Shown piece by piece: positions 58,845-64,000 of a DNA stretch of 64,000 nucleotides; the stretch's first letter is position 1, and every line of letters begins with the position of its first letter. This DNA is from an uncultured Pseudomonadota bacterium. GTDB lineage: Bacteria > Pseudomonadota > Alphaproteobacteria > RF32 > CAG-239. The stretch covers positions 1,893 through 65,892 of the forward strand of contig CAMRWU010000010.1 in NCBI GenBank assembly GCA_947054505.1, given 5' to 3'. The translations under genes were made by a program, and so were the position numbers. The notes under the pieces are model-generated. The model ran no database searches, had not been told where the DNA came from, and saw only the letters and a program-made list of their open reading frames with translations.

Positions 58845-60305
58845 TTAGCCTATTTTGCTGTCGGAGGTCAGTTGTTCTCCTGCTTGGGCATAGGTTTCAA
58901 CAGCTCGAGCCGCTTTTTTTGCCAAAGCAATGCAACCGGGGCCGCCAACACAACCGCCGGCACAAGTCATGACTTCAATCATGTTGTTTTCTCCGCCTTT
59001 GGTGGCATAACGTTTCAGGATTTTCATGCTGTCTTTGTTCAAGCCGTCGATTTTTTCGAGTTTGAGCTCGACTTTATCACCGACAAGACTGGCCACAGCA
59101 CCGGCAACACCGCCGCTAATCGGGAAGATGCGACCTTGTGCGTGGGAGATTTTATCTAGGTTTTCTTCCGGACATTCGGTAACATTGATTTGTGTAGCTT
59201 CGAAAATCGCGTGTAGTTCATCGAAGGTGATGACATAATCGGTGTTGGGATCGCTTTCGGCTTCCATCCGTTTTGCCAAACAAGGACCGACAAATACGCA
59301 GATGCAATCAGGATCTTCTTGTTTGAGAAGCTCCGCTGTGTAATACATCGGGGTTTTGGTGGTGGAAACATAAGGTGCCAGTTCCGGAATGTGAACATGT
59401 GCCGCACGGAAGTATGCCGGACAGCATGAGGTTGTCATAAATTTTTGACCTTCTTCCATACGTTCAACAAATTCGGCGGCTTCTTTTTGAGTGGTTATAT
59501 CCGCGCCGACGGCAACTTCCATTACATCGGAGAAACCAAGTTTCTTTAATGCGCCGACGAGATTGTTGATGGTTCCGCTGAATTGTCCCATAACGGCCGG
59601 AGCCAACATAGCAACAACTCTTTTGTCGGTCTCTTTGATTTTGCGGAGGACGTCAATCATCTGATAGCGTTCAACGATAGCGCCAAACGGGCAAGAACGG
59701 AGGCATTGACCGCAAGAAACGCATTTTTCGTGGTCGATATGTTCTTTGCCTTCTTCATCTTTGTATAATGCATTAACAGGGCAGGCGTCTTCACAGGGAA
59801 GAGGGGCCTTGATGATGGCGGAATACGGGCATGATTCTTTGCAGATACCGCAGTTGATGCACAGGTTGGTGTCAATCTGCGCTTTTCCGTCAACAAAGCT
59901 GATGGCTTTTTTAGGGCAATTTACCATGCAGGGACGGGCAACACAGCCGCGACATTGGTCGCTGACGACGTGTTGCGGTTTTTTGCAGGCGGCACAGGCA
60001 TTGTGAATGACTGAAATTTTATTGATGCAGAGATTTTCTCTGCGGAGGGCATCTTGAGCAAATTCGCCGAGAGTTTTTTCTGCGGCGTTAATTTCGTCAG
60101 GGCAAATTCCCAAAGCGGCCAGACATTGTTCTTTGATAATTTCACGATCGCGTGCAACTGAACCGCGGATGGGGGTTGCATCATCAGGAATTAATTCAGC
60201 CGGAATGTTTTCGATATCGGTCAAACGATTGTTAAGGTAGCTGCCGGCAATCTTGGTCAGAAGATTGTGGCGCATGGAATTGACATTGTTTTTGGGGACT
60301 AACAT
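58845..60305 (-). CDS. Monomeric [FeFe]-hydrogenase, group B-like, with N-terminal ferredoxin clusters
   Basis: H-cluster motifs TTSCCPA, VGPCLAKRMEA, EVMTCAGGCVGGPG; CxxCxx(xx)CxxxCP ferredoxin motifs; promoter TTGCCT-16-TATACT on the minus strand. Confidence 0.9.
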   Translation of the reverse strand: MLVPKNNVNSMRHNLLTKIAGSYLNNRLTDIENIPAELIPDDATPIRGSVARDREIIKEQCLAALGICPDEINAAEKTLGEFAQDALRRENLCINKISVIHNACAACKKPQHVVSDQCRGCVARPCMVNCPKKAISFVDGKAQIDTNLCINCGICKESCPYSAIIKAPLPCEDACPVNALYKDEEGKEHIDHEKCVSCGQCLRSCPFGAIVERYQMIDVLRKIKETDKRVVAMLAPAVMGQFSGTINNLVGALKKLGFSDVMEVAVGADITTQKEAAEFVERMEEGQKFMTTSCCPAYFRAAHVHIPELAPYVSTTKTPMYYTAELLKQEDPDCICVFVGPCLAKRMEAESDPNTDYVITFDELHAIFEATQINVTECPEENLDKISHAQGRIFPISGGVAGAVASLVGDKVELKLEKIDGLNKDSMKILKRYATKGGENNMIEVMTCAGGCVGGPGCIALAKKAARAVETYAQAGEQLTSDSKIG

Positions 60306-60399
60306 ACTTAATCTCTCTTAGTGGTTATAAAACTGAGTGGAGTATATCGCAACATTTTAAAAAGGCAATAACAAATCCCTGACAAAATGTATTATCCTA

Positions 60400-60439
60400 T
60401 TAACTGAAAGTTAGGAAAAACAAGTTAAACTCATTTTAA
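60400..60439. promoter_or_regulatory. Tandem CtrA-like boxes
   Basis: TTAA-N7-TTAG (60400-14) and TTAA-N7-TTAA (60425-39; reads TTAA-N7-TTAAC on the minus strand). Confidence 0.45.
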
Positions 60440-60459
60440 AAAGTTTGAGATGACGCAAG

Positions 60460-61755
60460 GTGACACAGATGGCCAAAGGCTTAAGTTTTGCAGCAGAAAG
60501 ATATCTATTGGATTCTTTGAATCGGATTGCCAAAAATCCGAACGGCTATGCTGTGTTGTTTGTTAAGGTTTCCAAGCTCAAACCCAAAAACAGACATCCT
60601 GAATTTCTGAAGATTTTTGCGAAGATGTTTGATGGTTTGGTGGGGGCAACCGATGGGTTGATGTTTATTTTATCAACCGGAGATTTTGCTATTTTGGGGA
60701 AGAATATCGCACCAGAGACGGTTGATTCGGCAGTTCAGAAGTTGCAACAGGGATTGTCGGCCGATCCGGTTTTTTATGCTCAGAATAAGGATGATTTTGC
60801 TCATCTGTATGAGTTTCCTGAAGACTTTACAACATTTTATCGGCATATTGAACAGATTATTGAAGCTGGAGAGGTTCCGGTTAATATGTCTTTAAAGAAG
60901 AATCCGATTACGGCTGCAGAGGTTGATGAAATCATTAATTATTTGGATACGTATGTTGATGTTTCCGAAATGGTTAAACGTCAGAGTGTTATGCGTATTG
61001 GCGGTAATAATAATTTTAAGGTTTTGTTTCAGGAATTTTTTGTGGCAGTTAAGGATTTGAGCAGTCGTTTTAGTCGCAATATTGATTTTTGGGCCAATCG
61101 TTGGTTGTTTTTATATTTGACGCAAACATTGGATAAGAAAACGATAGCTTCTTTTAAGAGTGCCGATATTAAAAATTGGCCGGAGCAAATTAGTCTGAAC
61201 TTAAATTTGTCTTCGGTGTTTTCGCGGGAGTTTGTTGATTTTGCGAAGAATTTTTTGACAGATACGCAGAAAATTATTGTCGAAGTGCAGATGATGGATG
61301 TTTTGAATAATCTACCGTTGTATTTTGAAGCTAAAGAGTTATTGAATCGCGGAGGACACAAGCTTTTAATTGATGCGTTGTGTCCTGAAACTTTGCATAT
61401 GTTGAATTTGAATCGTCTGGAGCCTGATTTTATCAAGATTTTTTGGAATCCGATGATGGAATTTGATATGGATAATGCGGAACTGCGACAAACTTTTGAT
61501 GAGTTTGGACGGGATCGGATTATTTTGGCAAAATGTGCTGATGAAAAAGCAATTCGCTGGGGTGTCAAGTATGGTTTGAATACTTTTCAGGGGCCGTATA
61601 TTGATACTTTGGAAGTGGCTCTTGTTCGTGCGCAGTGTCCGCATGGAAAAGAGTGTCAGGCGCTTGAGTGTTTGAAGCGGCGGCGCTTATTGTCAGGTTA
61701 TGAGCGGAATAACTGCAAGGGCAAAGATTATTTGGAAAAAATATTGGGGGCGTGA
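60460..61755 (+). CDS. Degenerate EAL-domain protein 1
   Basis: RQSV...EFF (for QP...EAL), LNLNLSS, VEVQ, LIDAL (for DDFG), FIKI, FQGPY. Confidence 0.7.
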   Translation: MTQMAKGLSFAAERYLLDSLNRIAKNPNGYAVLFVKVSKLKPKNRHPEFLKIFAKMFDGLVGATDGLMFILSTGDFAILGKNIAPETVDSAVQKLQQGLSADPVFYAQNKDDFAHLYEFPEDFTTFYRHIEQIIEAGEVPVNMSLKKNPITAAEVDEIINYLDTYVDVSEMVKRQSVMRIGGNNNFKVLFQEFFVAVKDLSSRFSRNIDFWANRWLFLYLTQTLDKKTIASFKSADIKNWPEQISLNLNLSSVFSREFVDFAKNFLTDTQKIIVEVQMMDVLNNLPLYFEAKELLNRGGHKLLIDALCPETLHMLNLNRLEPDFIKIFWNPMMEFDMDNAELRQTFDEFGRDRIILAKCADEKAIRWGVKYGLNTFQGPYIDTLEVALVRAQCPHGKECQALECLKRRRLLSGYERNNCKGKDYLEKILGA

Positions 61756-61756
61756 T

Positions 61757-63031
61757 ATGGGAATTGCTTTTGCCAGAGGCGGTGACAATGCTAATATAAA
61801 ACCGGATACGGTTATTTTTGATTATATGAAAAAAATTGCCGTGAACGTGAGTGATTATCAGGTTTTGTATTTTAATACCCATAAATTGCAAGCCGGCAGT
61901 TTGAAAATGGTTCAACGTCAGGAATTGATAGAAACATTTGAAAATGTGGTTAAAAAATCTGATGGTGAGATTTTTTCCTTGCCTAATGAGGACGTTCTTA
62001 TCTTTTTCAAAAAGAAATGTAATGATGAGGTCAAAGCTTGTTTGGTTAAGGTTCGTTTTATGTTTCATGATGATCCGGCAGTTAAGCATGCGGATGATTT
62101 GCAACAGGCCGGATTGGTAAAGATTTTTGATCTGGCGGTTGAAAGTGAAGCGTTTACGCAAGCGGTTAAGGAAACAATTGCTCATACAACACAGGAAATG
62201 AGCATCAGCAGAGATAAAAATCGTCTTCAGCCGATGTCGTCGGTTTTTAATACCAGTGCGAAAAAAATGCGGCGTGAATTGACACCGGAGATGTTGGCCA
62301 AGGTGCAAAAGGTTTTGACGGTGGCTGATTTTTCAAGTTTTATCCGGCGGCAATCGATTTGCGCGGTTATCGGAAAGGCTCCGCCGCAGAGAGTGTTTGA
62401 AGAGGTGTATGTTTCCATTCCCGATTTGCGTGAGATGTTGCTTCCTGATGTTGATTTGACAGCTAATCCGTGGTTGTTTTTATCTTTGAGCGAAACATTG
62501 GATAAAAAGGTTTTGGAGATAATCAACCGTCATGATGACGGGTCGCTGGCCGGTAATTTTAGTGTTAATATTAATGTTTCGACAATCTTGTCGGATGAGT
62601 TTTTGGAGTTTGATGATAATATTAGTCCGTCTATGCGCTCATCTGTTATTTTAGAATTGCAATTGGTTGATATTTTTAGCGACATTAAAGCTTTTATGTT
62701 GGCTAAGAATTTTGCGCAATCACGCGGGTATAAAATTTGTATTGACGGGATAACGGTCGATAAGCTGACGTATTTGAATCGCGTTAATTTGGATTGTGAC
62801 CTGTTAAAAATTATCTGGCATCCGAGTTTTATGGACGTGATTCATGAAGATTCTCATTTTATGGATTATGTGAACAAAGCGGAGCGGGCAAAAATGATAT
62901 TGTGCCGCATTGATGATCCGCAGGCGGTGGAAGTCGGAAATAATTTGGGGATTAATCTTTATCAAGGGCGCTATATTCAGCGTTTGTTGAACGCACAGCC
63001 GCGTCGGACGATTTTTGCAATCAAAAGATAA
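61757..63031 (+). CDS. Degenerate EAL-domain protein 2 (paralog of the previous gene)
   Basis: RQSI...EVY, VNINVST, LELQ, CIDGI, LLKI, YQGRY; shares WLFLxLxxTLDKK with protein 1. Confidence 0.7.
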   Translation: MGIAFARGGDNANIKPDTVIFDYMKKIAVNVSDYQVLYFNTHKLQAGSLKMVQRQELIETFENVVKKSDGEIFSLPNEDVLIFFKKKCNDEVKACLVKVRFMFHDDPAVKHADDLQQAGLVKIFDLAVESEAFTQAVKETIAHTTQEMSISRDKNRLQPMSSVFNTSAKKMRRELTPEMLAKVQKVLTVADFSSFIRRQSICAVIGKAPPQRVFEEVYVSIPDLREMLLPDVDLTANPWLFLSLSETLDKKVLEIINRHDDGSLAGNFSVNINVSTILSDEFLEFDDNISPSMRSSVILELQLVDIFSDIKAFMLAKNFAQSRGYKICIDGITVDKLTYLNRVNLDCDLLKIIWHPSFMDVIHEDSHFMDYVNKAERAKMILCRIDDPQAVEVGNNLGINLYQGRYIQRLLNAQPRRTIFAIKR

Positions 63032-63063
63032 AACACAAGCCTCTGATCCGAGGCTTGTGTTTT
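63031..63063. terminator. Bidirectional terminator
   Basis: AAACACAAGCCTC-TGATCC-GAGGCTTGTGTTT. Confidence 0.85.
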
Positions 63064-63071
63064 ATAGAAAA

Positions 63072-63251
63072 TCAGTTCGGATTTTGTACGATTTTTCTAA
63101 GTATTTCTTCTTTTTTGCGGTGTTTTTCTTTTTTTATTTGTTCTATACGAATTAGATTTTTCCAGACATGGCATTCTTCTTCCCGAATGAGAGTATCCAG
63201 CATCTCGTGTCTGATTTTGAGGTTCTCGGCGGTGGTGGCTATGTGTTCCAT
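63072..63251 (-). CDS. Small YdcH/DUF465-like protein (59 aa; not in the ORF track)
   Basis: Hand translation MEHIATTAENLKIRHEMLDTLIREEECHVWKNLIRIEQIKKEKHRKKEEILRKIVQNPN*; GAGGAGG ribosome-binding site; HxxLDxxI...IxxxKKEK pattern. Confidence 0.7.
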   Translation of the reverse strand: MEHIATTAENLKIRHEMLDTLIREEECHVWKNLIRIEQIKKEKHRKKEEILRKIVQNPN

Positions 63252-63432
63252 CTTTGGTTCCTCCTCGTCTGTTGGTTACAATAATAATGTAGTTATAAAA
63301 TATTATTTTTCCAGTAAAAATGATGATTTTTTTATTAGAATAGAAAAATGTATTGCAATTAAAAATAATCCGTTTTATAAATGTCTCAGCTAATTAATTT
63401 ATGGAATATCTGGACTACTTAGGACTACCCTC

Positions 63433-64000
63433 ATGTTAAGCAAACGTGATATGATGAATATGGAAGGCATTATGATGCTTTACGCAATTAAGCAAAATGC
63501 CGGAAAAAGAGAAGCCGCTCGCCGTCTCAACACCTCAATTGACACATTAAACAAATATTTGAACAGCTTGGAGGACGAGCTGGGTGTCAAATTGGTAACG
63601 CCGAATGAAAAAGGTTGTGTGTTGACAGAAAAAGGCGAACTGGTTGTTGAGATTGCCGATATTATCAAACAAAATTTGCAACAAGCTTATGCCGTGGCTC
63701 CTCTTGAAACCAATGTTAAGGGAGAGGTTCGTGTTGCTTATGAATGTGATGCTCGTAGCAATATGTATGTCTTTTTAGGGGACTTTTTATCTCAATATCC
63801 GGACATTACTCTTTTTATTGACACGTTTGACAATGTTCCCGATATGAGTAAGTTGTCATATGATATTTGTATGGGATATCATATTCCGAAAGGTGATGAT
63901 TTAGTCATTGTTTACAGCAAAAAGATTTCTTTTGGCTTTTTTGCAGCGTCGGAATATTTGGCAAAGCATTCTTATCCGCAGGATTTGAACGATTTGTTGG
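63433..64000 (+). CDS. LysR-family transcriptional regulator (partial, runs off window end)
   Basis: HTH EAARRLNTSIDTLNKYLNSLEDELGVKLV...LTEKGE, followed by a substrate-binding domain start (GEVRV...YPDITL). Confidence 0.9.
   Translation, partial: MLSKRDMMNMEGIMMLYAIKQNAGKREAARRLNTSIDTLNKYLNSLEDELGVKLVTPNEKGCVLTEKGELVVEIADIIKQNLQQAYAVAPLETNVKGEVRVAYECDARSNMYVFLGDFLSQYPDITLFIDTFDNVPDMSKLSYDICMGYHIPKGDDLVIVYSKKISFGFFAASEYLAKHSYPQDLNDLL

Noticed and set aside
63055-63393. 112-aa minus-strand ORF in the track
   Set aside because: Low-complexity F/S/I translation without a ribosome-binding site; the real gene appears to be the 59-aa ORF in another frame (63072..63251).

Overview
A moderately AT-rich bacterial chromosome segment, almost certainly an alphaproteobacterium. 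The evidence is the RpoA N-terminus [12 protein letters not shown], an alpha operon without rpsD, and the ObgE ...PWSPLD tail. A fermentative, host-gut Rhodospirillales/RF32-like lineage is my inference from the [FeFe]-hydrogenase and the O2-independent TrhP. Most of the window is housekeeping: the S10-spc-alpha ribosomal cluster (1-12.8 kb), fabD/fabG, ftsK, rbfA-truB-rpsO-pnp, rplY-pth-ychF-trmL, a cell-envelope block (mpl-like ligase, LD-carboxypeptidase, ddl, VanX-like dipeptidase, mreBCD-mrdA-rodA), rplU-rpmA-obgE-rsfS, PiT/DUF47, dsbA, ftsH, a group-B-like [FeFe]-hydrogenase, two degenerate EAL proteins and a partial LysR gene. I found no tRNA, rRNA, CRISPR array, integrase, transposase or recognisable defence system, and no complete novel system that I can support. 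The most interesting unexplained signals are: (i) a family of long irregular intercistronic hairpins after ribosomal-protein genes that share an apical motif; (ii) rplQ moved out of the alpha operon, given its own promoter and structured leader, with its old slot now holding a lipoprotein gene whose lipobox Cys codon is TGA behind a phage c4/Ash-like folded leader; (iii) a Cys-rich surface-protein gene split by an in-frame TGA followed by a hairpin; (iv) an acyl-carrier-protein look-alike lacking the phosphopantetheine serine; (v) several self-contained promoter-orphan ORF-terminator cassettes inside conserved operons, two with related promoters; (vi) tandem CtrA-like boxes upstream of the degenerate EAL pair; (vii) strong CCGG over-representation. 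All family assignments come from motif recognition by eye; no database search was run.
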